64,000 nucleotides of DNA. It comes from Botryllus schlosseri (lineage: Eukaryota). How positions within the stretch are numbered: position 1 is the first letter of the stretch; the number at the start of each line of letters is the position of its first letter. The position numbers and the translations under genes are program-made. Shown piece after piece: positions 12,901-26,225 of this stretch. The DNA is taken from NCBI GenBank assembly GCA_051294905.1, contig CM119378.1:6262001-6326000 (forward strand), given 5' to 3'. The notes beneath the pieces were generated by a model. It did not search any database and was not told where the DNA came from. It was given only the letters and a program-made list of their open reading frames with translations.

Positions 12901-14529
12901 GGCTAATTATAGTTAGTTATTATTTTCCATGAGTGATGTCCATTCGAGGCGAATTATTTATCGAATAACTGAAAATTGTAAGAACAGCGATAATCATCGA
13001 TCCCACAAATTAATGTTACTGTGACCTATAGACGTGACCAAAATACAGTCTCACGTTTCTACTCATGTGTATGTCGAAGTAAAACGCAGCAGATTTCCAC
13101 TCTATCACGAGTAGAAGTATATATCTCTAAGAGTAAGATATATGTCAAAACATCTTCAAGTATGGAGGTCGCTAATTAAAGGTCAGAAAAGTATTCGTGT
13201 AAAAAGTTTCAAATCGTAGATTTGTTCGACGGCTCCCGTACTTTTGGCACAGATGCGGTTGCTGTCAAAATTGAAAGATGAATCCTCGTCACTATGGCAA
13301 AATGAATGCAGACACTGCATCGCCGAGGTCCAGCTGGGTGTCTGATTTCAAAGACTACTAAAGACTATCTTTTCAATGTATCGCATTCTTGTGGTGTATT
13401 GATATGATAAAATTACGAATATCAAACTGAACTGAACCGGAGAATGCAGGTAGGAGTTTTTGAAAATAAATTGTGTTGCCGTGACACAGGGGATATTTCA
13501 CACATTTCTTATGACAATAGGCTCTTGGAAGTATACATAACTTCAATATAGCAATAAACAATATATTCATATTGCCAAATTTATTCCAATCTACGCTTTT
13601 CGACTGACTCTCATCAGGAGATAATGTCAGGAAATGAGGTAAACCAAACTCGAAATATAGAATTCTGTCGTTGTGACGTAATAATCACAAGTACGCAGAG
13701 TCGCGAACGACAAAAACAAACGCACAGTTACGGTAAAGCCGACGAATTCGGCCATTTTACATAGGCGAGTAACAACTATCAACACAACACTAATGAAATA
13801 TTCCCAGTGTATAAATACGATCTTACAGGCGACAGAGGACAGGCTGTTGCAGCTGTATAATAGTCGATTCGAGAACCTTTAAATGAAAATGAGAACGACC
13901 ACCGGCAACTATCGAAAACTGATTGCTACTACAATATTTAGCACATTCAGGGTGTTGCAAGAGATGTTGTACGGTGCAGAATTTTAAGCCGTTAGTCACG
14001 TATGATATCTATAGAGGCTACGATGATGGGCTAGACACAAATTCTAACAAAAGTGATGCAAACTTATCACAAAATAATTAAATTCTACTTTCCAAAACTC
14101 AAATTGTAAAAAGTAATATGTTTCAGAAGTCTAAAACATAACCGCTTGTGTAATTATAGTGCAAGTTGGCAACACATTCACTGAGTATACTCCGAAAAAG
14201 TAGAATTACTACGTCACCGACGACCTCTGCCCTCTAGGTCACTCTGACTTTGAATTTCTCAATCGATCGTCGTTATGACTGTGCTCGCCTTTACCGCATT
14301 CCTATATCACTTGAGCCGAATTTATTGGCGGCAGCGCCCTCGTGATATTACGTATTCCTCTGCACATGAGACTACGAGCTGAATCAGGTATTAGGCAATG
14401 TCTCGTTACGCAAATTCGCATTGCAAAGCAAAATAAAGGAGGGGAAAACGGCAATGACGTAGCATCGTTACTTTACGTTCGGCAGTTATGTTATTTTCAT
14501 TTGGTCCTAACCTGACTTAGACTCAGACT

Positions 14530-14860
14530 AATAAGTGTGAAATACCGGTTTATCTCATTCTGATCTAATTTGTGAAATGTTTCTTTGCTCGAAAACTAAT
14601 TCGAATTTAATTTGCGGTTTTCTTGAAAATGCTACATGAGAGCTGCATAGTGAGAAACGAGACCAGCTTCCTGCACAGACGTTTGTCATACTCATGCTCA
14701 TTGAGAATACATTCTCATTTGACATGATCAGAACTTATTCATTTTCTAAGCTTGCTGGAATTCAGTTATTGTAATTCTAATCGAATTCGGAAACAACTGT
14801 GTATAGCTATAACTCCAATTCTAATCGAATTCATAAAAGCTGAAAATGTCCTAGTTGTTC
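14530..14860. mobile_element. MITE family H copy
   Basis: Shared blocks TCTAATTTGTGAAATGTTTCT, CTGCACAGACGTTTG and AACTGTGTA-AGCTATAA. Boundaries approximate. Confidence 0.65.
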
Positions 14861-14972
14861 GTCTCTGCTCCTCGTGACACACAAAGTTAAACGTTGTACA
14901 GAAGATGCGATGGGATAACGAATAGGTAAGAGGATGCCGCAACGACCCAGCAGCGTCTATCAATCTAACATC

Positions 14973-15442
14973 CAGTGATGGCCCTACGAACGGGGCGGCC
15001 CTGGGCGAGACTCACCGGGGGGTCCCTATAAGTATCTAACCGTAACTTATGGGGGGGGGGGGGGGGCTCCGACCCCCCAGACCCCCCTTTTGCATCTGTT
15101 ATTATTATCTATCTTTCACCAGGTCAAGGTTTGGCTAGCGCTAGGTCATGGATTCGGCCATATCTATTATTGCATGTGTGCAAAGGATAGACGACATCAA
15201 AACTAAGTAACAACCGCATGCGTAGACGTGATGTTTATCGAGATACGGGACTTTTGTAACAAATGCAGAGATTTGATGATGATTGACACATACGCACGGT
15301 ATCATATTCTTGCTTGGTATACACCGATTTTCATGTTTATTCGCTATTATCCTTGAAAAAAGGCGCATAAACCGAAGAGGGGGGCCCTTCGACCAGGGGG
15401 GCGGGCGACCGCCCACCTCACCCACCCCAAAAGCCACCACTG
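14973..15442. mobile_element. GC-rich hAT-type MITE, 470 bp
   Basis: Termini CAGTGATGG...CCACCACTG with perfect 8-bp TSD CTAACATC. Contains a G16 run at 15051-15066. Confidence 0.88.
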
Positions 15443-15944
15443 CTAACATCCACCTCCGGCCACCTTTCTCTTGACTATTTCCTCGCTCTTATCACATACT
15501 TTACCATTCTCTGAGCTGAACGCAATTGTGGTGGGTCACTATAAACTACGACACTTCACAGGGTGCTACAAACGAGACTGGAACTGCAATCGCTATAGTG
15601 CTATAAGCGGTGGATGAACGAACTGCGCCGACTACCTCAACTTAAAAGCGGCAGCGTAAAAGGGATACAGATTGAGTGCCGGTTGAAATCCAGTGCGTTT
15701 CCGGCAGGGATATCGCCCAACGCACTGTGTTGAAAACATGTCATTAAATGCTACATCGGTCACTACAATAATATCTGCGATATACAGCAGTCATGCGACT
15801 GGCTAATATTTATACGGGTGGAGTAGTAACATTAACAGATGACCTGAAATATGTTTCACGTTGTCACCGTACAAGAATATTGATATTTTGAATACTACAG
15901 AAATTAGTGGCACGGCGAATCCGCTGGCGATTAGACCGAAATAC

Positions 15945-16710
15945 CGGTAATCTAATCCTAATCTAATTTGTGAAACGTTTCTTTGCTCTAATTCTAAATA
16001 TAATCTAATTTTCGAAATGCTGCTATGCTCTAATTCTAATTATAATCAAATTCCTGGTTTTCCTGGCGATGCTATTGGTGAACTGTAGCGCGAAACGAGC
16101 CCAGAGGTCAACTCAGTAATTTTGAGTAGGAAATGACATCCTGAAAGTCTTATATTCGCACACTGGGAATAACAGAAAGGATATACATTATACACGTACA
16201 GAGAAACTATCCGTTACTACTCCCCGTACATATTCCGCCCCTTTTAAATTGCCCATGCTCATTCATGCGAAATTATCCATGCTGTCAGAATTATGTAGTT
16301 GACTAATTCGACTAATTGGAGCGAAATGCTGGTGATCTAATTATAATTCCAATCTAATTTGTGAAATGTTTCTATGCTCTAATTTTAGTTCCAATCTAAT
16401 TTCCGATTTTACGCAAAAATGCCGCATGAGATCTGCATATTGCTGCACAGACGTTTGCCGTTCTCATGTTTACGCGAATGAGCACTCTTTTGATATGAAC
16501 TGAACTTGTTTCAATTTCCAAGTTTGCGTGAATTCAGTAATTCTAATTCTAATCGAATTTGGAAAAAACTGTGTAGCTATAATTCTAATTCTAGTCTAAT
16601 TTGAAAAAAAAAACTGCGTAGCTTTTATTTAAATTCTGGTTTAATATGGAATAAACTGTGCAGCTATAATTCTAATTCGAATCTAATTCGGAAAAGCTAG
16701 TTGTCCGAAT
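15945..16710. mobile_element. Two adjacent MITE family H copies (partial 15945-16090; 16320-16710)
   Basis: Same TCTAAT-rich blocks as the other H copies. Boundaries approximate. Confidence 0.6.
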
Positions 16711-16974
16711 TTGCTACTGTTTCTGTTTCTCCTCCGCCTCCCGTTATAGTCGCTATTCGACACTGAAAGTCAATGTCGCCACATCCAACTCTGATGATAA
16801 CGAGGCATTGTAATTAAAGTAATAGCTCATTTCACAGAAATTTGCCGTGTTACTTCCTCAAATATACTCACGAATTGTACACGAGATGATGTATATACGC
16901 GGACTGTGTGATATATACACATCAACTTTCGAAATGTTAAAGAGCAACATGAAGTAGCTGCTGGGCGAGCTGTT

Positions 16975-17085
16975 TTTGTTTTTGATATTCATGATGGTGT
17001 TTCGACTGCTTTGGTCATTTACACCAGGCGGATACTCCTCTCTATGATTGCTGAACTGCCGACTTCCACCACGGCCATTGTCATT
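16975..17085 (-). mobile_element. 3' fragment of SINE family S1
   Basis: Minus strand reads GGAAGTCGGCAGTT...GCCTGGTGTAAATGACCAAAGCAGTCGAAAC...CAAAAACAAAAAC, as in the 3' half of 50854-51091. Confidence 0.7.
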
Positions 17086-18423
17086 CTATTGTCGTTTTGC
17101 GGATCATCCGGCGTGTATGAGCCTACAGATATACCTCCTGAGCGAGCTGGCAGCAATACCAAACGAGCCACACCACATAATTATTCAAATCCGATATAAG
17201 ATGAGGCAACGTTTTAGCTCTGCAAAGCGACTTCATTATCCCCATTACCGGAAGCAATGTCGTCGTTGCTTATCCATTTCCTTCATAAGCAATTGAAGTT
17301 TTTGTACATGTATGCAACCGCACGCTGAGCGCTCGCATAACAACACTCTCACGTACCCATTCAACACTGACAGCGTCAAAGCTGTGGTGATATTCAAGAG
17401 ATGCAAATGTTACATACATTAGGACGACCATTTCAGCCACCAAATGATGTTGCATCACGTCAATGGCGACTTTTAGACGCGCTCATGATATATCGCCAAT
17501 TGAAAAGAGAGTAAAACGTATGTAAAATGCATGTAAATCGTACAGAATTGATGCCTTAACGGTGGTAATGCGCAACATTGTAGGCCAATGTAATATAAAT
17601 GAAGCTTCTCCCAACACATCAGCATCCGTACAATTTGCAACTAAATATTTATGATTCCTGGTATCATAAAAAGTGATATCGCTACCAAGTTCAACAGCAT
17701 GCGAAAGTAATGTGTGTCACCGCGGCTTATCCGTAACACAGGGCTTGTCGGGCTTATCTGATTCGGGTCTAGATCTGGCAGGGTATGGATGGATTCTGGC
17801 TCGAAAATAATCCGGATTTTCATCTACCCGAATGATTACTGGACTAATCCAGGTTTTGAACTTAGTACTAGTTTTCAGGATCAAATCAGACTGCAGTCAA
17901 ACATCAAATTGTGGGCTAAACGCGATATGAAATATGTCGGGTACGGACCAGGTTCTGAACCTATGCATCGATTCCACATATGGCGTAATATACGTATTAC
18001 ATGGCCCCCTGTATGACCATGACCATCGCTCGCTACTACGTATATGGTAAACGAAAATCGCAGATATCCACCATATACCGCATGAGGCCCTAATCAGGTA
18101 AACTGCAGTTTCTGGTCAACATTGGTTTCAAAGTAATGCAGATGGCTAAAAACGAATCGAATGCACAAATTGATATGAGGATATATCACAGGGTTTAATA
18201 ATTATCGGTGCACTTGACTCGTTTTCATCCAGTAGAATGGGTGTGAATGCAAAAGTCGGTACTGTATCAGAAAGTGCCAATTGCCTGATTTGTAGATTGC
18301 ATCGTGCGCTATGATAGAAATATGGCAAATGCATCTCTTTCCAACCAATGTATTTACATTTTCAAAGGAGAATCAACACGAATGAGCGTATTTGCTATTG
18401 TGCATCATCAGTAATCTAATCGC

Positions 18424-19175
18424 TAGGGCGGTTTTTTTTTACCTAAATAAGGAAAATTTTGACCTAAAAAATTCTTACTTTTTTTGACCTAAACAAACTG
18501 AATTTTGACCAAATTTTGACCTAACGTATGCAAATTAGGTGTTTTCCCACATAATGTTAAAATTGTACCACTTATCTTCATTTCTGGTCGGAACTGACTG
18601 TCCTAACGAAGTAGTTTGACCTGCAAAAAGGTTTTTGGCTTAGAAACAGGCAACTTTTTACATGAAAAAACCAATATTTTAACGAAATCTGGCCCTACTA
18701 GGAAGCTTGCCAAGGACGTTTAACAGCAGCAGTTGTTGGCTGACAAAACTCAAGTTGTGCGTACACTGCTGGCGACACACCGTGTTGCTTCATTCTGACA
18801 ATGTTGCCTACATCACAATTTTTCATCATGCGCTTCTTAATATAAGAATGATGCAATGCCCAAGAAGTCTTTCTTCAGTTAGGAGATTGCGGTACGTTGA
18901 CCATAACACAATGTCTACCTATTTGTTTTATTTGACCGTTTATGATTCACAATGAACAGACAATTAGCCGTTTACAACGGTAGGTCTATAAGAGAGGCTA
19001 CAAGACGTAAAATATCAAATGATAAGTTCGCAGACAGTGCAAAATCTACGATACAAACGAAATGCAGACGTCAAAAAAATTTTGACTTTATGAAAAATTT
19101 TGACAAATTTTGACCTAACGCTACAATTTTGACAAAATTTTGACAAATTTTTACTTGTCAAAAAAAAACGCCCTA
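18424..19175. mobile_element. hAT-type MITE family I, 752 bp
   Basis: TIRs TAGGGCG(G)T9...A9CGCCCTA, TSD CTAATCGC/CTAATCAC (7/8), repeated subterminal TTTTGAC(C/A)AA motifs at both ends. Confidence 0.85.
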
Positions 19176-19442
19176 CTAATCACCAATTAATGGCGTTCCA
19201 GTATCCATATATGGGCCGCCTCACAAGCCCCGCTCAGGCAATTATGAGCGAAGTTACTACGCGCTAATCTTTCAAATGCTACCTTATAAGGCGTTATGAT
19301 ATTCCTGCGGGAATTTCAACAGGGGCATCACCTATTAGTAATTATACGCTAATAATTCCTGTATTTCTGATTTGCCGCAGATTGATTGAATAAAAGTCAT
19401 TTTTATGAACATTCCACTAACCATCATCGGGTATGTACATAA

Positions 19443-21052
19443 CACTGGGCAACAACTTTGAACAAAAAATTTGTTGATTTCGATTTTGCACTTGATTTAG
19501 GCTAATTTAGGCGTGCTGATTTCAGAAATGCCATTGGTTTTCTTCTATCACGTCAAGTTTTTGCTCTGCGTCATATGCCCAAAATATGCAAATTTTCACG
19601 AATTTAGCCATATTACTTTTCCATACCATATGAAAATTTACACTTTTGCCATATAATAAGTTATCTAGCCAACGGTTCAATTGAATTATAAAGAATAAAG
19701 GTAGTGGTATCAATCTAGGCCGATGCTTCCTCCCATTTTTGGTTAGAGGATGCAACCATCCGAGCATATTTCACACACATATTTGATGCAAACAGCAGGA
19801 CATGTCAAGAAAAAGGAACATTACATTTACTATCAGCTATAGGTCCAATGCCTCATTCAGCGTATCCAGTGTAACTTCAAACTGCTATATGCTCGATAAT
19901 TTGGATCAAGATGAAGATCTTAGGGATAGGAGGCCTAATGATGTAGATTTTGAAATTGAAGATGATTCATAATGTAGAGTAGTCCATCAACACAAGTTAT
20001 TGATCTGACATAGGTTTTGGGACTTGGAATAGAAATGTTCGGAACTTTTAACATCCTTACGAAGTGAGAAAAGATGACTTGGCAAGGTAGAGAAGGTATC
20101 TCACTTTCGATCAGGAGAATCAGCCTTTTCTTCGTCGGCCTACTTTCGGTAGCTTTTTGTATTCCCGTGATACTGGTATTGGCATGATACTGTCACCCTC
20201 GATTACTGGAGGAGTTAGGAATCCCCATTTAGAACTCAAGCGAATGACAAATGCCTATAGGTAGCTCAAAAAGGATCCTAAAGTGTGGCATTCTCCAAAA
20301 TGGCAACGTCTTAGGTGCAGTAACAATTGCACACTCCGTTAGTCTTCGTGAATAATACAGAAACATTGAGAACAATAGAGAAACAAAGAATTCTTGCAAT
20401 ATCACGAGCACGATTGGATCGTATGCGTCAGCTTTGAAATATTGTGTTTTCATTGTTTTTCAGACAATAAGGATGCACAGCACATGCAACCCTGATACAC
20501 TTGTGCCACTGTCATATGTTCATGTCGGACAGAAGACATTAGAAAAAAAAAATATCTTAATAATTTCCCTGAAACCCTTGACATAGTCAGAGATGGTCAA
20601 GGAGAAAATGTCCCCCAACATCTGAAGATGATGGGGATAAAATACCAGAGTAGATTGGAACTTACATATGTTAGATGACTATTGCTCGAGTATCAGACTA
20701 GACAACCTACAGAATTGTGGGTTATTAGCGTGAATTTGGTCCGTGAAACTCGCACTTTATTTGTCCTGTACAAGCAATATCAGTTTAAATCAACCAAATA
20801 AAGCAGTGCAAATGTTTATTTGAAGTCTAATGATTTACTTTCGACTGGTTGTAGTTTTTGAAACGTTTTATACAATAAACACAAAATATTAAAAGTAGTG
20901 CTATTATGTGGGTTTTGAGGCAATGTGGGGGGTGCCTAACCCAAAAACTTGACGTGATAGAGAAAAACGGAAGTCATTTTTGAATTCAGCGCCCAAAAGT
21001 TAGTCATAATCAATTGCCTGATCAAAGTCAACAAAAACTGTGTTGACCAGTA
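19443..21052 (+). mobile_element. Decayed Chapaev-like (CMC superfamily) DNA transposon, about 1.6 kb
   Basis: Imperfect inverted repeats of about 120 bp beginning CACTGGGCAAC / ending GTTGACCAGT, sharing CTATCACGTCAAGTTTTTG. TAA precedes the left end. Internal transposase remnant present. Confidence 0.75.
20203..20465 (+). pseudogene. Transposase remnant (Chapaev/ENS-like)
   Basis: Frame-shifted, stop-containing translation LLEELGIP..SSE*Q...SSKGS / LQNGNVLGAVTIAHSVSLRE*Y / LQYHEHDWIVCV follows the recalled Chapaev pattern LL.ELG...EWRLFIDSSK.SLK.VLLHNGN....P.AHS...E.Y...L.Y..H.W.IC.DLK. Confidence 0.75.
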
Positions 21053-24000
21053 GTATTGTACATTGTACGTACACATTGCAAATTACATTTGAACAAACGC
21101 CGAGAAATATTCAATAAAACACATATCTTCTTCAGAAAGGTTATCTTTTCATTCGGTCGAATAACGAAATTGGGGTCATTTTAGCTTCGTCTCCGACAGA
21201 AGCGCAGATATATCTGACAAAATATCGTCATTTACATTTCGGGAAAAGAGTTAATTAGTTTCGTATTCCGAATACCTTGAAACGTATTAGTGAATACCTA
21301 TCGTTTTGCGACTCTGTCCGACACATGTACGTCACAGAATCCAAATTGGTAACGGCTCGTGTAATAATGACTTAATGGCGTTACTTGACGCCTACATAAT
21401 TACGTCCAAATCGCGATAAAACGAGATTTTTATTTAACGGGCGTCTGTAAACTTTCGCCGTCTCTGTGGCATCCAAATGTTGTGAGTCAGAGATGAGCCG
21501 GGGCCTACGATAATTTAGGCCCCAGGTGAGCGGACTTTGTATTTTCGAATTCAAATCGTGGATTTAAGTTTAGAGACCGAATCCGACTTCGTAATTAATT
21601 TCGTGTCGTGCCCAAAATCATGTCCACGCCAAGTTAATGACTCAGAGTAGATCAGAAGTCGCATGAAAATTAAAAATGATTACAATTTCTCTGTCCAAAT
21701 CAAAATTTTAATCCGGCTAGGCAAATCTCGTAAGTTCAAATCCGACAAATGCTTTTGAATCTCATCTTTGCAAATCACCCCAAGGTAACAAGACTGGTCC
21801 GTAACTGCCGTTCTGTAAGCTATATCCGAGCCATTACAGTCATTCAATACACTGCAAATGTGTATCGTGCATGGTACATTTCAGCGATTTTCAGCACATC
21901 GTATGGCGCACATTAGGTAAAAAGCACTTTCTGACACATGCTTTTGCTTCCACATCCCTTACAATGGGCGAAAATTAGCCAAATACACCAAGGATTCGTG
22001 TAATCGGCTCGTTTTCACCCATTAGAATGAACATGCCAGCAAAATTTGGTATCAGAAAGTGCCGAGGGCTTGATTTGCGCCCTATACGCTAAGGTAGAAA
22101 TCTGGTGAACATACCTATTTATTTACAGCGTACGTCAGCACTTCACCACATCAGGTAATATTGATATACTGCGAAGCCCTGACAGCAGTAGATTGAATTC
22201 ACACAATATGTTCCGCATTGCCACAATTACGATCTTTGCTGCTGTGTGATTTCGTTTCTGGCAGAGATTACCTAATTTCGAAAACCTGCTTAACGCTTCA
22301 CACGGATTGAGTTTTCCGTGGGTCATACAGAACCTTCTTTACAGCACAATCCCAATTAAGCCCATGCGATGTTTTCAATGCAGCTTTGATGGCATATCAT
22401 TGACTCAGGCACGAGCGATCGGAAAAAATACACGCATTGCAAGGATAACCTGCTAGATAACCACTTGTGCGTGCAGTGCACGGATGTGAGATCACAATAT
22501 TGCATCTTGTATCAGCGCAACACTGACCATGCGACTGTTGACAGTTTTAAATCCAAAATGATGGCAGCATTTAACAAAGATATATTATCTAGATAGCCAA
22601 GACATAGTAAGTACGCCATTAAATTATACAATTATGAACATTGAACACTTACTCTTATCTACTGTCGTATACTATATCAAGTATCAAGGAAGCAGCAAAC
22701 AATAGATGACTCGATTGTAACATAAGTATGAAATGCATCCTAGCATTGGCTGAATGGGCCGGATACCAGTCAAGAAGACCAAGACAGTAGTAGATAATTC
22801 GTTGCACTACAGAACACACTATCCGTTGTATGAGATGTCAAATATAGATATGCCGCTACAGTCGATTGTTTGGCGGTACAGATTGCGCATATTTGTACCT
22901 GTACGTGATTAGATGCCGAAGATTGTGAAGGATTTTCCTTGGTGATATTCTGAATGATTTATACGTGCTGTAAGTGGCTAAGTAAATGATATTAGCACTA
23001 TGAAATAATGGCTCTGAAATATACACTGATAGCTACACACGCTGAGTGTGTAAAATCTCTTATACTGGGACAACATTCCTCTCTTTCTAGCTCTACGTCT
23101 GCGCCGGTGTGTCCTGATTACTGCTGTCAGCCGGTAGTCTCATTAAGAGGATATATTATGAGATTATCGATACATTCCCATCATGTTATTGTATACGGAA
23201 ATGATGTAATGGTGATTAACTGGTTATGCATGAGCGTATCACAGCGCACCGTGATGTTATTACCATAAAACTTTTAGATTGCGAAATGTGAGAGTAAATG
23301 TCGAAGTCTGCCTCCCGGTACATTCATTTGCAATAAACAGTTAAGCACTATGATACCAGTATTGTCTAAGCAGCAGGTTCTGCTGTCAGAAAACCGCTTT
23401 GAAAGGCATGAACAGCAGACACTCCCCAACCTACACGGGTAACTACGATCATAGCTAGGTTTTCAATTTCTATTTGGAAAATATAGGATCGCAAGGAAGC
23501 AAAGGAGCCATGACACTGTAACACGGCAACTTCGCGTTGAAATCCCTACCAGAGCCTGACCGCCGATAAGTGACCATGACCACGATACCGACAGAGCAAA
23601 AATATCTCGGTACAATCAAATGTACATTAAATGTATTACTATGTAAACTACACTGCCTTACGGAGAAAATACACAAAGTGTGGCACATACACAGCTCGCG
23701 TCCAATCTCATTATACTACATCGCAATTTTCGGCAACTGCTTGCAACCGTCCCGATTATGCATTCGACTACCAAATTGGATCTGACGTAACAACAACAAA
23801 TCCGTTTTGGTAAACGATGTTCGATTGACGTAGCTGACGTCGAAATATGTCCTGCACTCAACTGCGTGTCACAAAGCGTAACTTGTCTTCAGAGACAGTA
23901 ATGCCTAAGAGCCCACCTACCATGTATGCTTGTTCCGTTACAAACGAACTTAAACACTGTTACACGGAGTGCTGACTAAGGAAAACTACATTTTCCACTT

Positions 24001-25802
24001 CGATTGCACGAGTGCCAAATGAGATTACTTTGAATTTATCGACGCGACCGCAACGCATCCCGTCATTTGATGTGAGTGTTTTCGGTCGTTCTTATGACAT
24101 GTGACGATTAAAATAATAACGGCCGCTGAGTATGTGCGTTGAATTAAGTGATTTGGTCAATCGTAGTCCCGAGTCCGCGGTAATGACTGTAACTGTAACG
24201 GCTTGTAACCGTTGTGTGTCATTAATACTAATTGTAGATATCAGTTGCCGCAGTATGCCGAATTTAATTCGATGAAATGTAGTCGCATATAGAGCTTGTA
24301 GTCAAACTAAAGTCAACAATCATTCCGATGAAGTTCTTGTTTACATCCATTACGTTCTGGCACTATAGATGATACATTGCCTGTATATTTGGTATAACCT
24401 TAGTTCCGGTTTCTTGTAATGAGTAACACCTGTAGTTATAGGAATTTTGCTGCATTTTTCAGACCCATACTTTACTACCACAGTGGATCACGTCGACGAT
24501 CCTCAAATGTATTGGTGTCGTCATAAATTAAGGGCCATGACTGAATCTGGTTGTACTAACAGCAAGAAATATATATCCGACCGTCTGTGAATTGCGAGGT
24601 TATAATATACCCACTAGAATCTTAACTAGACGAAAATAATAGAATCACCTACAATTCTCATAATTGCATTCCTTGAATAATAACATCTGACGCCGCGTGT
24701 CAGTCAGTCAGTCTTTATTGATATTTTTGTTGATTCAAAAACACCACCAGATTGCGATATAGTGAAACCACTTTTTATCACGTGTGACGGAATCTATGTG
24801 CTAATTGTGCTTGTGCAATGCTCATTGTACAGTAGGGTTATGACTAGAAAAAAAATTTCAAAATTTTGTGTGTCCCGTAGTCACAAACGATGAACTTTTG
24901 TGTCCTGATTTCAAAATTAACAAAATAACAGAAACCTCCCGCACAAAAATTTTGGATAGGCTTTTTTGGTATATACAGACTATATAAGATATATACCGAC
25001 TGATTTTAATTTAACTGACACAATTCCAATTGCGAAGATTTAAAATAGTATTTTGGTAAATTGTGATTGCCCAGTTTGAATTAATCCGATCGTTTTCTTG
25101 CTTACAGTCAAAATTAAATAATTAATAATTAATTATTGATTTCGATTTTAGATGTAGACTGTATGTATCGTATAATTTCAATTTGTCTGACACAAATCCA
25201 ACCGGCTGTTCGAAAAGACGAAAGTAGAACAACTCAACATATTTTCAGCGGTTTAGAAAACCATATCATATATGACTCAGCATCTGTTGATACTGGGCGG
25301 CGGAATGGCGTTGTTGTGAAACTGCAAAATGCAATGATGAGCACGGGTTTTCATAAACCACAATATATTGGTTGCCAACATAATGTTATCAATTCTTAAA
25401 GCATATATCAGAGTTCTTCGATCCAATATCCTCAACAAATCCAACCCTCAGCTACAAATTTGGAGATGACATGGTAAAAAACTACGAAAACTTGGTACAA
25501 TCCACCAAGCCAGAATTTCAAATGAAAATATTAGAAACCGAGGATGGATGATGATTTTAAGTTTATCTATGTGCTGTGCAGAGCATGCCGCTCTTTCAGA
25601 GAAAATAGTAGATTACCACTAACCAAATGGCATAAACTTTCATCTCTACGCAATGCCAGATGGAGCTCAAGGGCTATAATTCCGTACTTCCAAGTCCCCA
25701 GATGGCGAGTAACTCTTGAGATATCATGCTTATTGCTTATTCATCCCAAATGCGTGTCAGGAAGCCTGGTATTCTAAGCAGATGTCTATAAATGGAATAT
25801 AC

Positions 25803-26225
25803 TGGAGCCCGACCGATTATCGGTTCGTCGATAATATCGAGACGATATCACACTTTGAAAGAATTATCGGTATCGGCCATTGAAGCTGAAAAATTATCGG
25901 CAATTTTCGTGACGTCACAACATGGCGGTAGGGAACTATTATCTTTGACCGCTAGACTGAGAATATTGATATATTTCACATAGCTTACACTTAACAGGTG
26001 TCCAGATGTAGCGTTTCTAGTTTATTTCATGTTCAAGTATAACAATGGCTGTAAAGATGTTCAAATAAATGCTCTGAAGCTTTGAAAATGTGCTTATGTA
26101 TATCCAACTTCTTTTGAATATCGGCTGAATGTATTGGGTTTCTTGGTCAAGGTGTCAAGGTTCTCGGTCAAGGGCTTTCGGTTTTATCAGTATCGAGCCA
26201 AAAATCCAATATCGGTCGGGCTCTA
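25803..26225. mobile_element. hAT-type MITE family C, 423 bp
   Basis: TIRs TGGAGCCCGACCGAT...ATCGGTCGGGCTCTA with perfect TSD GAATATAC. Confidence 0.92.

Noticed and set aside
11450-16710. Regularly spaced TCTAAT / TTCTAATCGAAT repeats as a CRISPR-like or telomere-like array
   Set aside because: They are subterminal repeats of a dispersed MITE family with no unique equal-length spacers, in a eukaryotic context.
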